Positions 18,264 through 30,050 of a stretch of 37,126 nt of DNA are shown here, piece after piece; the stretch's first letter is position 1; each line of letters begins with the position of its first letter. The notes beneath the pieces were generated by a model. That model was not told the origin of the DNA. It made no database searches and saw only the letters and a program-made list of their open reading frames with translations. The position numbers were made by a program, and so were the translations under genes. Location of the stretch: the sequence record LR595867.1. One strand, 5' to 3'. This DNA comes from Escherichia virus Mu_3F6.

Positions 18264-19349
18264 ATGAAAAAACACGCGATTGGCATTGCCGCACTGAGTG
18301 CGCTGTCCATTGACGATGACGGCTGGTGCCAGCTATTGCCTGCCGGTCATTTCAGTGCCCGTGATGGTCGTCCGTTTGATGTGACAGACGGTCAGGGGTG
18401 GTTCATCGACGGTGAGATTGCCGGGCGTCTGGTTGAAGGCGTTCGCGCGCTCAACCAGGACGTGCTGATTGATTACGAGCATAACCAGCTACGTAAGGAC
18501 AAAGGATTACCCCCGGAACAACTCGTCGCGGCTGGCTGGTTTAACGCCGATGAAATGCAGTGGCGTGAAGGTGAAGGGTTATTTATCCACCCACGCTGGA
18601 CGGCGGCGGCCCAGCAGCGCATCGATGACGGCGAATTTGGTTATCTCTCTGCGGTTTTTCCGTATGACACCGCCACCGGTGCAGTGCTGCAAATCCGCCT
18701 TGCTGCGCTGACCAATGACCCCGGTGCCACCGGCATGAAAAAGCTGACCGCACTGGCGGCAGACCTTCCCGACATCCTTCAACAGGAGAACAAACCCATG
18801 AATGAAACGCTGCGCAAGCTGCTTGCGCGTCTTGGGGTGACGGTCCCCGAAAATGCAGACATCACCGATGAACAGGCCAGCGCGGCCCTGAGTGCGCTTG
18901 ATGCGCTCGAAACAGATGCCGGAAAAGTGGCGGCGTTGTCTGCCGAACTGGAAAAGGCACAGAAAGCCGCCGTTGACCTGACGAAATACGTCCCGGTGGA
19001 AAGCTACAACGCCCTGCGTGATGAACTGGCACAGGCGACTGCACAAAGCGCCACAGCCAGCCTGAGCGCCGTTCTGGACAAGGCGGAACAGGAAGGCCGC
19101 ATTTTCAAAAGCGAACGTACCTATCTGGAACAGCTTGGCGGTCAGATTGGCGTGGCGGCACTGTCGGCACAGCTTGAGAAAAAACAGCCTATCGCTGCGT
19201 TATCTGCCATGCAGACCACCACAGCGAAAATCCCGTCGCAGGAAAAAACGGCGGTGGCGGTGCTGTCTGCTGATGAACAGGCAGCAGTGAAGGCGCTCGG
19301 CATTACAGAGGCTGAGTATCTGAAAATGAAACAGGAACAAGAAAAATGA
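18264..19349 (+). CDS. I: prohead protease / scaffold protein I (361 aa), with possible nested scaffold product
   Basis: Recognised Mu I; Ala/Glu-rich helical C-terminal half typical of scaffold. Confidence 0.85.
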   Translation: MKKHAIGIAALSALSIDDDGWCQLLPAGHFSARDGRPFDVTDGQGWFIDGEIAGRLVEGVRALNQDVLIDYEHNQLRKDKGLPPEQLVAAGWFNADEMQWREGEGLFIHPRWTAAAQQRIDDGEFGYLSAVFPYDTATGAVLQIRLAALTNDPGATGMKKLTALAADLPDILQQENKPMNETLRKLLARLGVTVPENADITDEQASAALSALDALETDAGKVAALSAELEKAQKAAVDLTKYVPVESYNALRDELAQATAQSATASLSAVLDKAEQEGRIFKSERTYLEQLGGQIGVAALSAQLEKKQPIAALSAMQTTTAKIPSQEKTAVAVLSADEQAAVKALGITEAEYLKMKQEQEK

Positions 19350-20263
19350 TTGTCACCCCGGCATCCATTAAAGCCCTGATGACCTCCTGGCGTAAGGATT
19401 TTCAGGGCGGTCTTGAAGACGCCCCGTCGCAGTACAACAAAATTGCAATGGTGGTGAACTCTTCCACCCGCAGTAATACCTATGGCTGGCTGGGTAAATT
19501 CCCGACCCTGAAAGAATGGGTGGGTAAGCGAACCATTCAGCAAATGGAAGCGCATGGCTACTCCATCGCCAATAAAACGTTTGAAGGCACCGTGGGTATT
19601 TCCCGTGATGACTTCGAGGATGACAATCTGGGTATTTATGCGCCGATTTTTCAGGAGATGGGCCGTTCTGCGGCAGTTCAGCCGGATGAGCTGATTTTTA
19701 AACTTCTGAAAGATGGCTTTACCCAGCCGTGCTATGACGGTCAGAACTTCTTCGACAAGGAGCATCCGGTATATCCGAATGTGGACGGCACGGGCAGCGC
19801 GGTTAATACCTCCAACATCGTTGAGCAGGACAGCTTCAGCGGTCTGCCGTTCTATCTGCTGGACTGCTCCCGCGCAGTCAAACCGCTGATTTTCCAGGAG
19901 CGCCGCAAACCGGAGCTGGTCGCACGTACCCGTATCGATGACGACCACGTTTTTATGGATAACGAGTTCCTGTTTGGTGCCAGCGCCCGCCGTGCTGCCG
20001 GTTACGGCTTCTGGCAGATGGCTGTCGCGATAAAAGGCGATCTGACGCTGGATAACCTCTGGAAGGGCTGGCAACTGATGCGCTCTTTTGAAGGTGATGG
20101 CGGTAAGAAGCTGGGCCTGAAGCCGACGCATATCGTTGTACCGGTCGGACTGGAAAAAGCCGCAGAGCAACTGCTTAACCGTGAACTGTTCGCGGATGGC
20201 AATACCACCGTCTCCAACGAGATGAAGGGCAAGCTGCAACTGGTTGTCGCTGACTACCTGTAA
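19346..20263 (+). CDS. T: major capsid protein T (305 aa)
   Basis: Recognised Mu T; follows I. Confidence 0.9.
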   Translation: MIVTPASIKALMTSWRKDFQGGLEDAPSQYNKIAMVVNSSTRSNTYGWLGKFPTLKEWVGKRTIQQMEAHGYSIANKTFEGTVGISRDDFEDDNLGIYAPIFQEMGRSAAVQPDELIFKLLKDGFTQPCYDGQNFFDKEHPVYPNVDGTGSAVNTSNIVEQDSFSGLPFYLLDCSRAVKPLIFQERRKPELVARTRIDDDHVFMDNEFLFGASARRAAGYGFWQMAVAIKGDLTLDNLWKGWQLMRSFEGDGGKKLGLKPTHIVVPVGLEKAAEQLLNRELFADGNTTVSNEMKGKLQLVVADYL

Positions 20264-20271
20264 CCGTCGTT

Positions 20272-20297
20272 AAAAGGCGGTTCAGGCCGCCTTTTAA
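20272..20297 (+). terminator. hairpin terminator after major capsid gene
   Basis: Stem AAAAGGCGG / CCGCCTTTT with loop TTCAGG, 9 nt after the T stop. Confidence 0.65.
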
Positions 20298-20329
20298 CCT
20301 GATTTAAAGGAAAAGGAGGAGCATGTGTT

Positions 20330-20740
20330 ATGTCAGGCACTTCGCTTAATTCACAACGGCTGGACACTTCTCGCATCACTTGCACGGCGATTATTAAATG
20401 CCTTCGTCCGGTCTACCGCCGCGCCGGAATCGCCTTTACACGTGGTGAAAACACCGTGGAAGTCACCGAAGAACAACTGGCGATCATTCGTGCCGACAGC
20501 GTGCTGTCTGTGGTATCTGCATCGTCAGCAGAAACGCTCGCTGAGGCTGGGGGGCTGGACGTTCTGGGTGTGGGCGATCTGAATACCCGTATCCGTGCGA
20601 CCGTTGCCGGTCTGGATAAGGCAAACCCGGAGCACTTTACCGCAGGGGGAGAACCCAAAGTGAAAGCCGTCAGTGCGGCGCTGGGGGAACCGGTGAGCAG
20701 TGCGCAAATCAAAGCGGCGCTGGCTGAGGCGGATGCATGA
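20330..20740 (+). CDS. head-associated hypothetical protein (136 aa)
   Basis: RBS AGGAGGA upstream; between capsid and neck genes. Confidence 0.55.
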   Translation: MSGTSLNSQRLDTSRITCTAIIKCLRPVYRRAGIAFTRGENTVEVTEEQLAIIRADSVLSVVSASSAETLAEAGGLDVLGVGDLNTRIRATVAGLDKANPEHFTAGGEPKVKAVSAALGEPVSSAQIKAALAEADA

Positions 20741-21162
20741 ATTACGCGACGGTAAATGACCTGTGCGCCCGCTATACACGTACGCGGCTGGATATTCTCA
20801 CCCGCCCTAAAACAGCGGACGGGCAGCCGGATGATGCCGTGGCAGAACAGGCACTGGCAGATGCCTCGGCCTTTATTGATGGCTATCTCGCCGCGCGCTT
20901 TGTTCTGCCGCTTACCGTCGTCCCCTCACTGCTGAAACGGCAGTGTTGCGTGGTGGCCTGGTTTTATCTGAATGAATCACAACCCACCGAGCAGATCACC
21001 GCTGCCTACAGGGACACAGTGCGCTGGCTGGAACAGGTGCGCGATGGCAAAACAGATCCCGGCGTGGAAAGCAGGACGGCAGCCTCGCCGGATGGTGAAA
21101 ACCTTGTGCAGGTGCAGTCTGACGCGCCGGTCTTCTCACGAAAACAGAAGGGGTTTATCTGA
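20737..21162 (+). CDS. head completion / neck protein (141 aa)
   Basis: Position in Mu head-tail joining block. Confidence 0.55.
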   Translation: MNYATVNDLCARYTRTRLDILTRPKTADGQPDDAVAEQALADASAFIDGYLAARFVLPLTVVPSLLKRQCCVVAWFYLNESQPTEQITAAYRDTVRWLEQVRDGKTDPGVESRTAASPDGENLVQVQSDAPVFSRKQKGFI

Positions 21163-21710
21163 TGCTGGAAGAAACCGAAGCCGCACTGCTGGCGCGCGTT
21201 CGTGAGTTGTTTGGGGCAACCCTGCGGCAGGTGGAACCCCTTACCGGCACATGGACTAACGAGGATGTGCACCGTCTCTTTCTGGCCCCGCCATCGGTAT
21301 TTCTGGCATGGATGGGCTGTGGTGAGGGGCGTACGCGTCGGGAAGTTGAAAGTCGCTGGGCATTTTTTGTCGTGGCGGAGTTGCTGAACGGGGAACAGGT
21401 AAACCGGCCCGGTATTTATCAGATTGTGGAGCGACTGATTGCCGGTGTTAACGGTCAGACGTTTGGCCCGACCACCGGGATGAGACTGACGCAGGTCAGA
21501 AATCTTTGTGACGACAACCGTATCAATGCCGGTGTGGTGCTTTACGGCGTTCTGTTCAGTGGCACTACCCCGCTGCCGTCCGTGGTGGACATGGATTCGC
21601 TGGATGATTACGAGCGTCACTGGCAGACCTGGAAATTCCCGGACGAAACCCCGGAATTTGCCGCACATATCAATGTGAATCAGGAAAAGGATCATGATGC
21701 TGAAAATTAA
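21162..21710 (+). CDS. head-tail joining protein (182 aa)
   Basis: Position in Mu head-tail joining block. Confidence 0.55.
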   Translation: MLEETEAALLARVRELFGATLRQVEPLTGTWTNEDVHRLFLAPPSVFLAWMGCGEGRTRREVESRWAFFVVAELLNGEQVNRPGIYQIVERLIAGVNGQTFGPTTGMRLTQVRNLCDDNRINAGVVLYGVLFSGTTPLPSVVDMDSLDDYERHWQTWKFPDETPEFAAHINVNQEKDHDAEN

Positions 21711-21900
21711 ACCCGCAGCGGGAAAAGCCATCCGTGACCCGCTCACGATGAAATTACTGGCTCCGGAGGGAGAAGAAAAGCCCCGTAACAGTTTCTGGAT
21801 ACGTCGCCTTGCAGCCGGTGATGTGGTTGAAGTCGGGAACACCGAAAACACGGCGGATGATACCGACGCTGCGCCGAAAAAACGGAGTAAATCGAAATGA
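21694..21900 (+). CDS. small structural-region protein (68 aa)
   Basis: Precedes the sheath gene. Confidence 0.5.
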
Positions 21901-23384
21901 GCGATATTTCATTTAACGCGATCCCGTCAGATGTTCGCGTTCCTCTGACGTATATCGAATTTGATAACAGTAATGCCGTCAGCGGAACACCGGCACCCCG
22001 TCAGCGCGTGCTGATGTTCGGGCAAAGCGGAAGTAAAGCCAGTGCGGCACCAAACGTGCCTGTCCGTATCCGTTCCGGCTCACAGGCCAGTGCGGCGTTT
22101 GGTCAGGGTTCCATGCTGGCACTGATGGCAGATGCATTCCTGAACGCTAACCGCGTGGCGGAGCTGTGGTGTATTCCGCAGGGGAACGGCACCGGTAATG
22201 CTGCTGTCGGTGAAATTTCACTGTCAGGAACGGCAGGCGAAAACGGCTCGCTTGTGACTTACATTGCCGGTCAGCGACTGGCGGTATCTGTCGCAGCAGG
22301 TGCAACGGGAGCGGCGCTGGCTGACCTGCTGGTTGCCCGAATCAAAGGCCAGCCGGATTTACCGGTGACGGCAGAAGTTCGCGCAGACAGCGGAGATGAT
22401 GACACCCATGCAGATGTGGTTCTGAGTGCAAAATTTACGGGTGCATTATCTGCCGTGGACGTGCGCTGGAACTATTACGCGGGTGAAACCACCCCTTACG
22501 GGATTATCACGGCATTCAAAGCCGCCTCCGGGAAAAATGGCAACCCGGATATCAGCGCAAGTATCGCGGGAATGGGCGATCTGCAATACAAATATATTGT
22601 GATGCCCTATACCGATGAACCGAACCTGAATCTGTTACGCACTGAATTGCAGGAACGCTGGGGACCGGTCAATCAGGCTGATGGTTTTGCCGTGACAGTG
22701 CTGTCCGGCACGTATGGGGATATTTCTACGTTTGGTGTCAGTCGTAATGACCATCTGATCTCCTGTATGGGGATTGCCGGTGCACCGGAACCGTCATATC
22801 TGTACGCCGCCACACTGTGTGCCGTTGCCAGCCAGGCGCTTTCCATCGACCCGGCGCGTCCGCTCCAGACGCTGACGTTGCCCGGAAGAATGCCGCCTGC
22901 GGTGGGGGATCGTTTTACCTGGTCAGAACGTAATGCGCTGCTGTTTGACGGCATCTCCACGTTTAACGTGAATGATGGTGGTGAAATGCAGATTGAACGC
23001 ATGATCACGATGTACCGCACAAACAAGTACGGTGACAGTGATCCGTCTTATCTGAACGTGAATACCATCGCCACGCTGAGTTATCTGCGTTATTCGCTGC
23101 GAACCCGCATCACGCAGAAATTCCCGAACTACAAGCTGGCAAGTGATGGCACCCGCTTTGCCACCGGTCAGGCCGTGGTGACGCCATCCGTGATCAAAAC
23201 GGAACTGCTGGCACTGTTTGAAGAATGGGAAAACGCCGGACTGGTCGAGGATTTCGACACGTTCAAAGAGGAGCTGTATGTGGCACGTAACAAGGACGAC
23301 AAAGACCGTCTTGATGTGCTGTGCGGCCCGAATCTGATTAACCAGTTCCGCATTTTCGCGGCACAAGTTCAGTTCATTCTGTAA
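21897..23384 (+). CDS. L: contractile tail sheath protein L (495 aa)
   Basis: Size and position; recognised as Mu sheath. Confidence 0.9.
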
Positions 23385-23393
23385 GGAGCATTT

Positions 23394-23750
23394 ATGGCTG
23401 GAAATCAGCGTCAGGGGGTGGCGTTCATCCGTGTCAATGGCATGGAGCTTGAAACGATGGAAGGGGCCTCCTTCACACCTTCCGGCATCACCCGTGAAGA
23501 AGTGACCGGCTCGCGGGTTTATGGCTGGAAAGGTAAACCACGTGCCGCAAAGCTGGAATGCAAAATTCCGGGCGGTGGTGATATCGGTCTGGATGAAATC
23601 ATCGGCTGGGAAAATATCACGGCAGAGTTTCAGGCAGACACCGGTGAAACCTGGATGATGGCGAATGCCTGGCAGGCAGATGAACCGAAAAACGACGGCG
23701 GCGAAATTTCGCTGGTACTGATGGCAAAACAAAGCAAACGCATTGCATAA
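23394..23750 (+). CDS. M: tail tube protein M (118 aa)
   Basis: Small protein directly after sheath. Confidence 0.85.
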   Translation: MAGNQRQGVAFIRVNGMELETMEGASFTPSGITREEVTGSRVYGWKGKPRAAKLECKIPGGGDIGLDEIIGWENITAEFQADTGETWMMANAWQADEPKNDGGEISLVLMAKQSKRIA

Positions 23751-23759
23751 GGGGAAACA

Positions 23760-24194
23760 ATGGACGAAATGAATTTAGGTCCTGAAGCACAGGAACTGCA
23801 TGACAGCATTGTGGCAGAAATTCAGTCCGGCGTGCTGAAACTGAAAGACGGCCTGCCGTTCGGCACCGGTGACGAGACTGAAATGCAGTATGACGTGACA
23901 CTGCGTGAACTGACCGCAGGCGATATGATTGATGCACAGGCGGCTGCTGAAAAGCTGGTAATGAGCAAGGAAGGTCCGGTGCTGGTCAGTTCCCCGTCCC
24001 GGATGGGACTGGAAATGCTGCGCCGACAGATTGCCAGCGTGGGCTGCATCAAAGGCCCGTTGTCGATGGCGCTGATTCGTAAGCTGTCTGTCGATGACTT
24101 CCAGCGTCTGTCGCTGGCCACAGAAATGTACGACATGGCTGTGGCGGCATCGCTGACGCAAGAACGGGGGCGAGTGGCTGCGGTGCCGGAATGA
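23760..24194 (+). CDS. tail assembly chaperone (144 aa)
   Basis: Acidic protein between tube and tape measure; an alternate-frame ORF overlaps its 3' end and runs to just before the tape measure start. Confidence 0.6.
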   Translation: MDEMNLGPEAQELHDSIVAEIQSGVLKLKDGLPFGTGDETEMQYDVTLRELTAGDMIDAQAAAEKLVMSKEGPVLVSSPSRMGLEMLRRQIASVGCIKGPLSMALIRKLSVDDFQRLSLATEMYDMAVAASLTQERGRVAAVPE

Positions 24195-24338
24195 TATTGA
24201 GAAAGCGGCGACAGCGATTGGCGTTATTCTGAAAAGTGGCCCGGAATGGGCCTTATCCCTTCCGCTGTCCCGCTTTTTCCGGCACTGCCAGCAGGCTAAA
24301 ACCCTCTCTCAATATCACCGTTAAATCAGGAAATCTCT

Positions 24339-26411
24339 ATGACCGGGAAACGCTTAAAGGCGTCTGTCATTATTGATCTTAATGGCAATCTTTCCCGGCG
24401 TTCCCGCCAGTATTCGAACCAGATAAACGCCCTGTCCCGTAGCGGACAAAGTTCCCTTCGTGCCCTGCGTATGGAGGTTGTGCGCGTTTCTGGTGCCATT
24501 GACAGAATGGGTTCTCTGTCAACCCGTACATTCCGAATGCTGTCAGCCGGGGCGCTGGGTATCGCTGGCGTGGGTTACACCGCCAATAAACTGTTTATTG
24601 GTGCAGCCGCCCAGCGTGAGCAGCAGATCATCGCCATGAACTCGCTGTATCACGGCGATAAGGTCAGAGCGCAGGCCATGATGGCCTGGGCGAAGCAGAA
24701 CGCGAAGGACACCACGTGGGGGCTGAGTGGTGTTCTTGATGAGATCCGTTCGTCGAAAGGCTTCGGCATGACGGATGAACAGACGAAACAGTTCATCACC
24801 ATGTTGCAGGATCAGGGGGCCATGCACGGCTGGGATTTACCAACTGCACAGGGTGCCTCACTGCAACTGAAACAGATGTTTGCCCGCCAGCAAATCACAG
24901 CGGCGGATGCCAACCTGCTGACCGGTTACGGTATTAACGTTTACCAGACGCTGGCGGATGCACTGGGTAAAGACGTTAAGGATATCCGCAAACAAGGTGA
25001 AAAAGGCAAGCTGGGTCTGAAATCCATTCTGACGGTATTCAGAACGCTGTCAGAACAGTCAAAAGGTGCACAGGCCAGTGCGATGAACTCCTGGGACGGG
25101 ATGTTCGCCCAGATGGAAGCTAACCTGCTTGAATTTCGCATAAAGGTGGCAAACAGCGGCCCCTTTGAAGAAATCAAGAACGAGATGCGCCGGGTGCTTA
25201 ACTGGCACGACATGGCGGATAAATCCGGGGAACTTGACGCACTGGCAGAAAACATTGGTCAGAAATTTCTGACCACGTTCAGAACGGTAAAAATCGCGGC
25301 GCAGGAATTATGGCGCTGGCTGAAACCGGGTAAAGATGCGCTGGCATGGGTTGACCAGAATATTGTCAGCCTGAAAAAACTGGCTGCTGTTCTGGTGTCT
25401 GTCTGGCTTGCCAATAAAGCCCTGAGAGCAGGCTGGGCCGTGGCAAAACCCTCATGGCAGGTTGCCAGTTATCCGTTTAAAACCGGGCGTCGTATGTGGC
25501 GCTGGATGCGAAACCGCAAACGTGGGCAGGCAGGTCTGCCGGTCCCGGATGCCATGACGTCTGAGACGCTGTTGCAGGGTATCGGCATTCAGCGTGTGTT
25601 TGTCATCAACTGGCCCCGTGGATTTGGTGGCTACGGGAGTGGCGGCGGTCGTCGCGGACGGAGCGGCGGAAGAATGGCCCCGCTGTTACCCCGCCAGCCG
25701 TTATTGCTGTCCGGGCCACAGCCGCTGGCATTACCTGCACCACGCCCTGTACTGGCATTACCCCCACCCGGCGTACCGGTAACAGCACGGCCTGCACCAT
25801 TACCTTTACCCGGTAAATCCGGTCTTCTGAGCAGGCTTGCAGGCAGTGCTGCCGGGCAACTGGTTACGGGAACGGTCGGAAAGCTGGCTGATGCCGGGCG
25901 TGCTGTTGGCGGGTGGTTTTCCGGTATCGGAAACAAACTTGCAGGCAGTGCGATCGGTCGGGTTGTGACAAAAGGTGCCGGGGCGCTGGGCTGGATGGGG
26001 AAAGGTGCCGGTCGTGCGTTGTCACGTCTGGGTGGCCCGGTAATGGGGGCACTCCAGCTTGCCCCCGTCCTGATGGATGAGCAGGCGTCAACCCATGAAA
26101 AAGCAGGTGCAATTGGCAGTACAGCCGGTGCATGGCTCGGCGGTGCCGTTGGCAGCCTTGCCGGACCGCTGGGTACGGTTGCCGGTGCCACGCTGGGCAG
26201 TGTCGCCGGGGAGTATCTGGGCGGTTTTGTAACCGACCTGTATCAGAAATGGACGGCCCCGGATAAGGAACCGCAGGAACAAAAAGTGAATGCGGAAGCC
26301 TCGCTGCGCGTCGAACTTGGCGAGGGGTTACGTCTGGCCAGTTCCCGTGTCACCGAGGATGGTATGGGGCTGAATATTTACGCGGGCGATAACTACATTA
26401 CAGGCTGGTAA
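24339..26411 (+). CDS. tail tape measure protein (690 aa)
   Basis: Long protein with a Pro-rich segment and Gly/Ala-rich repeats (LAGSAAG..., LAGSAIG...); position after chaperone. Confidence 0.9.
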   Translation: MTGKRLKASVIIDLNGNLSRRSRQYSNQINALSRSGQSSLRALRMEVVRVSGAIDRMGSLSTRTFRMLSAGALGIAGVGYTANKLFIGAAAQREQQIIAMNSLYHGDKVRAQAMMAWAKQNAKDTTWGLSGVLDEIRSSKGFGMTDEQTKQFITMLQDQGAMHGWDLPTAQGASLQLKQMFARQQITAADANLLTGYGINVYQTLADALGKDVKDIRKQGEKGKLGLKSILTVFRTLSEQSKGAQASAMNSWDGMFAQMEANLLEFRIKVANSGPFEEIKNEMRRVLNWHDMADKSGELDALAENIGQKFLTTFRTVKIAAQELWRWLKPGKDALAWVDQNIVSLKKLAAVLVSVWLANKALRAGWAVAKPSWQVASYPFKTGRRMWRWMRNRKRGQAGLPVPDAMTSETLLQGIGIQRVFVINWPRGFGGYGSGGGRRGRSGGRMAPLLPRQPLLLSGPQPLALPAPRPVLALPPPGVPVTARPAPLPLPGKSGLLSRLAGSAAGQLVTGTVGKLADAGRAVGGWFSGIGNKLAGSAIGRVVTKGAGALGWMGKGAGRALSRLGGPVMGALQLAPVLMDEQASTHEKAGAIGSTAGAWLGGAVGSLAGPLGTVAGATLGSVAGEYLGGFVTDLYQKWTAPDKEPQEQKVNAEASLRVELGEGLRLASSRVTEDGMGLNIYAGDNYITGW

Positions 26412-26415
26412 AACC

Positions 26416-27903
26416 ATGTTTGAAGATGCTTTAAATGCCGTTAATGCTGTCCGGGATAAAATCAGCGGTGGTAAGAAAACAACCGGCAAAGGCACGTTCC
26501 GTAACGTGCCGTTTCTCGTCATCGAGGAGCAAAAACAGGCTGGCGGACGTCGCCTGGTTAAACGCGAGTACCCGTTACGTGATACCGGCGGCGTCAATGA
26601 CCTGGGGAAAAAGCTTCGCTCCCGTACATTCAGCGCCTGCATTCTGAACAGCAACGCAGAAACAGCCAGAGATGAAGCGGGTGCGCTGATGGATGCTCTT
26701 GATGCTCCGGGTAGCGGTGAGCTGGTACATCCTGATTTCGGCACTGTGGACGTCATGGTGGATTCATGGGAATGCCGCACTAAAGCGGATGAACTGAATT
26801 ATTACGCGTTCACCGTTACCGTTTATCCGTCGTTGCAGGATACTGCCCCGGACGCAGAGACAGACACCAGTGCAGCCGTACCTGCACAGGCCGTTGCTGT
26901 AACCGGTTCTCTGGGAGATACGCTGTCCTCTGTCTGGCAAACCGTAAAAGATGGCACTGCGGCGGCAACCGCCGTGATGGAAGCTGTAACCGGTGTCATC
27001 GATGATATCAGTGATGCGGTGGACAATCTGGGGGTTACGCAGACTGTCAGCGGTCTGATGGGATCGCTTTCTGCGATGAAAGGCTCTGTGACCAGCCTGA
27101 TTAACCAGCCTGCCATGCTGGCCTCCTCGCTGATGGGGGCGCTGTCCGGCGTTTCATCGTTATGCGATACCCGGACAGCATTTTCCACATGGAACCGTCT
27201 GGCGCAGCGATTCGAACCTCGCCATGCCGCCACCGCAGGCAGACAGGGGACAATCACAACCTCGTACAACAGTCCGGTTGCAGAAAAAAATATTGCCACA
27301 CTGAACTACGTCATGCTGGCAGCGGCGCAGACATACCGGGCAGAAGCTGCCAGTCAGGCACTGACTGCGGCACTGGATTTCAGTCGCCGGATGGATAATG
27401 CCGCCCGTGCACCTGTACTGGATGCCCCGTCCACCACAACCGGCACAGCCAGCGGGGCCAGCAGCACATCTGCTACTGTCACACAGGGACAGTTACAGTT
27501 AACTGCCATAACCCCGGACGGCGGCTTTTCACAGGTATCCTTTTCAGACAGTGGTACAGCCACGCCCCCGGTATTTGAAAGTGTGTCCGATATCGGAAAA
27601 ACAGCCGCCATGCTGGGGGCTGCACTGGATACCGTCATTCTGACGGCATCTGAGCAGGGCTTTTCGACAGACAGCGTTCAGCTTACGCAACTGCGTCTGC
27701 TGGTTGTTGCCGACCTGGAAAAACGCGGGCTGCAACTGGCGGGCAGTGAAACGCACCGCCTGCCGGAGACGATGCCTGCAATGGTGGCCCTGTACCGTTA
27801 CACAGGAAACAGCCGGAACTGGCAACGGCTGGCCCGCAGGAACGGTATCAGCAACCCGTTGTTTGTTCCCGGTGGCGTCAGTATTGAGGTGATTAATGAG
27901 TAA
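26416..27903 (+). CDS. N: DNA circularisation protein N / baseplate hub-associated protein (495 aa)
   Basis: Recognised Mu N by size and sequence. Confidence 0.85.
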   Translation: MFEDALNAVNAVRDKISGGKKTTGKGTFRNVPFLVIEEQKQAGGRRLVKREYPLRDTGGVNDLGKKLRSRTFSACILNSNAETARDEAGALMDALDAPGSGELVHPDFGTVDVMVDSWECRTKADELNYYAFTVTVYPSLQDTAPDAETDTSAAVPAQAVAVTGSLGDTLSSVWQTVKDGTAAATAVMEAVTGVIDDISDAVDNLGVTQTVSGLMGSLSAMKGSVTSLINQPAMLASSLMGALSGVSSLCDTRTAFSTWNRLAQRFEPRHAATAGRQGTITTSYNSPVAEKNIATLNYVMLAAAQTYRAEAASQALTAALDFSRRMDNAARAPVLDAPSTTTGTASGASSTSATVTQGQLQLTAITPDGGFSQVSFSDSGTATPPVFESVSDIGKTAAMLGAALDTVILTASEQGFSTDSVQLTQLRLLVVADLEKRGLQLAGSETHRLPETMPAMVALYRYTGNSRNWQRLARRNGISNPLFVPGGVSIEVINE

Positions 27904-29035
27904 TACCGTCACGCTGCGAACGGATGGCAGGCTTTTTACCGGCTGGACGTCAGTCTCTGTCACCCGCTCGATTGAATCCGTAGCCGGATATTTTGAGCTG
28001 GGGGTGAACGTGCCACCGGGCACGGATTTATCCGGGCTGGCACCGGGGAAGAAGTTCACGCTCGAAATCGAGGGGCAGATTGTCTGCACCGGTTATATCG
28101 ATTCACGGCGACGCCAGATGACCGCTGACAGTATGAAAATCACTGTCGCCGGACGTGACAAAACGGCTGACCTGATTGACTGTGCTGCCGTTTACAGTGG
28201 CGGGCAGTGGAAAAACCGCACACTGGAACAGATTGCGCGTGACCTGTGCGCTCCTTATGGCGTTACCGTTCGCTGGGAGCTTTCCGATAAGGAAAGTTCG
28301 GCAGCTTTTCCCGGCTTCACGCTGGACCATTCAGAAACCGTTTATGAGGCGCTGGTGCGTGCCTCCCGCGCACGCGGTGTACTGATGACCAGCAATGCCG
28401 CAGGAGAGCTGGTATTCAGCCGGGCTGCCAGCACAGCCACTGATGAGCTGGTTCTCGGAGAAAATCTGCTGACACTGGATTTTGAGGAAGACTTCCGCGA
28501 CCGGTTCAGCGAATACACCGTCAAGGGGTATGCCCGCGCAAACGGTGCTGAGGGTGATGATATTGATGCGAAAAGTATCGTCTCCCGGAAAGGGACCGCC
28601 ACTGACAGTAATGTGACCCGTTACAGACCGATGATCATCATTGCCGACAGCAAAATTACGGCGAAGGATGCACAGGCCCGCGCCCTGCGTGAGCAACGCC
28701 GCAGACTGGCAAAATCCATCACCTTTGAGGCAGAAATTGACGGATGGACACGCAAGGACGGGCAACTCTGGATGCCGAACCTGCTGGTCACTATTGATGC
28801 ATCGAAATATGCCATCAAAACCACAGAATTACTGGTCAGCAAAGTCACCCTGATACTGAATGACCAGGACGGGCTGAAAACCCGCGTCAGCCTTGCACCA
28901 CGCGAAGGCTTTCTGGTGCCGGTTGAAAGCGACCGTAAAAACAGGAAAGGCGACGACAGTAACGGCGGTATTGATGCGCTGGTTGAAGATTATTATCGCA
29001 GACACCCGGAGAAAACGCCGCCGTGGAAAGAGTAA
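27896..29035 (+). CDS. P: baseplate hub protein P (379 aa)
   Basis: Position and size as in Mu. Confidence 0.8.
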   Translation: MSNTVTLRTDGRLFTGWTSVSVTRSIESVAGYFELGVNVPPGTDLSGLAPGKKFTLEIEGQIVCTGYIDSRRRQMTADSMKITVAGRDKTADLIDCAAVYSGGQWKNRTLEQIARDLCAPYGVTVRWELSDKESSAAFPGFTLDHSETVYEALVRASRARGVLMTSNAAGELVFSRAASTATDELVLGENLLTLDFEEDFRDRFSEYTVKGYARANGAEGDDIDAKSIVSRKGTATDSNVTRYRPMIIIADSKITAKDAQARALREQRRRLAKSITFEAEIDGWTRKDGQLWMPNLLVTIDASKYAIKTTELLVSKVTLILNDQDGLKTRVSLAPREGFLVPVESDRKNRKGDDSNGGIDALVEDYYRRHPEKTPPWKE

Positions 29036-29616
29036 ATGATTCCGCCCTGAACCGCCTGCTGATGCCGCTGATGCGTCGTGTGCGCCTGATGCTTGCGCGC
29101 GCTGTTGTTAACGTGATTAACGACGGGCGAAAGGTTCAGAACCTGCAGGTCGGCCTGCTGGATGATGAGGAATCTGATGAAGTGGAGCGCCTGCAAAATT
29201 ACGGGCATTTCAGCGTTCCCCTGCCGGGAGCAGAGGCGCTGATTGCCTGTGTGGGCGCACAACGTGATCAGGGGATTGCTGTTGTGGTGGAAGACCGCCG
29301 CTACCGCCCGACAAATCTTGAACCGGGTGATGCAGGCATTTACCACCACGAGGGGCATCGTATCAGGCTGACAAAGGACGGACGCTGCATCATTACCTGT
29401 AAAACGGTTGAGGTTTACGCTGATGAAAGTATGACAGTTGACACACCCAGAACCACGTTTACCGGCGACGTTGAGATCCAGAAAGGTCTGGGCGTTAAAG
29501 GTAAAAGCCAGTTCGACAGCAATATTACTGCCCCGGATGCCATCATCAATGGCAAATCGACGGATAAGCATATCCACCGTGGCGACAGCGGCGGAACCAC
29601 GGGGCCAATGCAATGA
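29023..29616 (+). CDS. baseplate central spike / assembly protein (197 aa; GTG start, true start uncertain)
   Basis: Position in Mu baseplate block. Confidence 0.65.
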   Translation: MERVNDSALNRLLMPLMRRVRLMLARAVVNVINDGRKVQNLQVGLLDDEESDEVERLQNYGHFSVPLPGAEALIACVGAQRDQGIAVVVEDRRYRPTNLEPGDAGIYHHEGHRIRLTKDGRCIITCKTVEVYADESMTVDTPRTTFTGDVEIQKGLGVKGKSQFDSNITAPDAIINGKSTDKHIHRGDSGGTTGPMQ

Positions 29617-30050
29617 CCGATTTAGCCATTATCTGGACGAACGGACGCGGCGATATTGCACAGGATGGCATTGATATGCTGACCGACGACAGCCTGACAA
29701 CCGATGTGACAATCTCCCTGTTTACCGACCGGCGCGCGCTGGATTCTGACACGCTGCCGGATGGTTCAGATGATCGCCGTGGATGGTGGGGTGACAGTTA
29801 CCGCGACCGCCCCATCGGTTCGCGGTTGTGGCTGTTATCACGTGAAAAAGCCACACCGGATACGCTGGAACGCGCCAGAGGGTATGCCGAAGAGGCGCTG
29901 GAATGGCTGAAAACAGCGGGCCGGGTAAGTGCGATTAACGTCAGAGTGGAACAGTTACATCAGGGCTGGTTATACCTCTACATTGCACTGACATTACCGG
30001 ATGGTTCCGTTATTCCTTATGAGTTTAAAGCAGCATTTAACGGGGTTTAA
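29613..30050 (+). CDS. baseplate wedge protein, T4 gp25-like (145 aa)
   Basis: Position in Mu baseplate block. Confidence 0.65.
   Translation: MTDLAIIWTNGRGDIAQDGIDMLTDDSLTTDVTISLFTDRRALDSDTLPDGSDDRRGWWGDSYRDRPIGSRLWLLSREKATPDTLERARGYAEEALEWLKTAGRVSAINVRVEQLHQGWLYLYIALTLPDGSVIPYEFKAAFNGV

Noticed and set aside
19142-20239. 365-aa minus-strand ORF antisense to the major capsid gene T
   Set aside because: Fully overlapped by a confidently recognised plus-strand gene; long antisense open frames are common in high-GC phage DNA.
21006-21851. 281-aa minus-strand ORF antisense to head-tail joining genes
   Set aside because: Overlaps three consecutive plus-strand genes of the conserved late operon; no independent signals.
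22923-23732. 269-aa minus-strand ORF antisense to sheath and tube genes
   Set aside because: Overlaps confidently assigned structural genes; no support beyond being open.
25631-26191. 186-aa minus-strand ORF (Pro/Ala/Arg-rich) inside the tape measure gene
   Set aside because: Antisense to a GC-rich, repetitive coding segment of the tape measure protein; low-complexity product, no RBS context. Typical spurious antisense frame.
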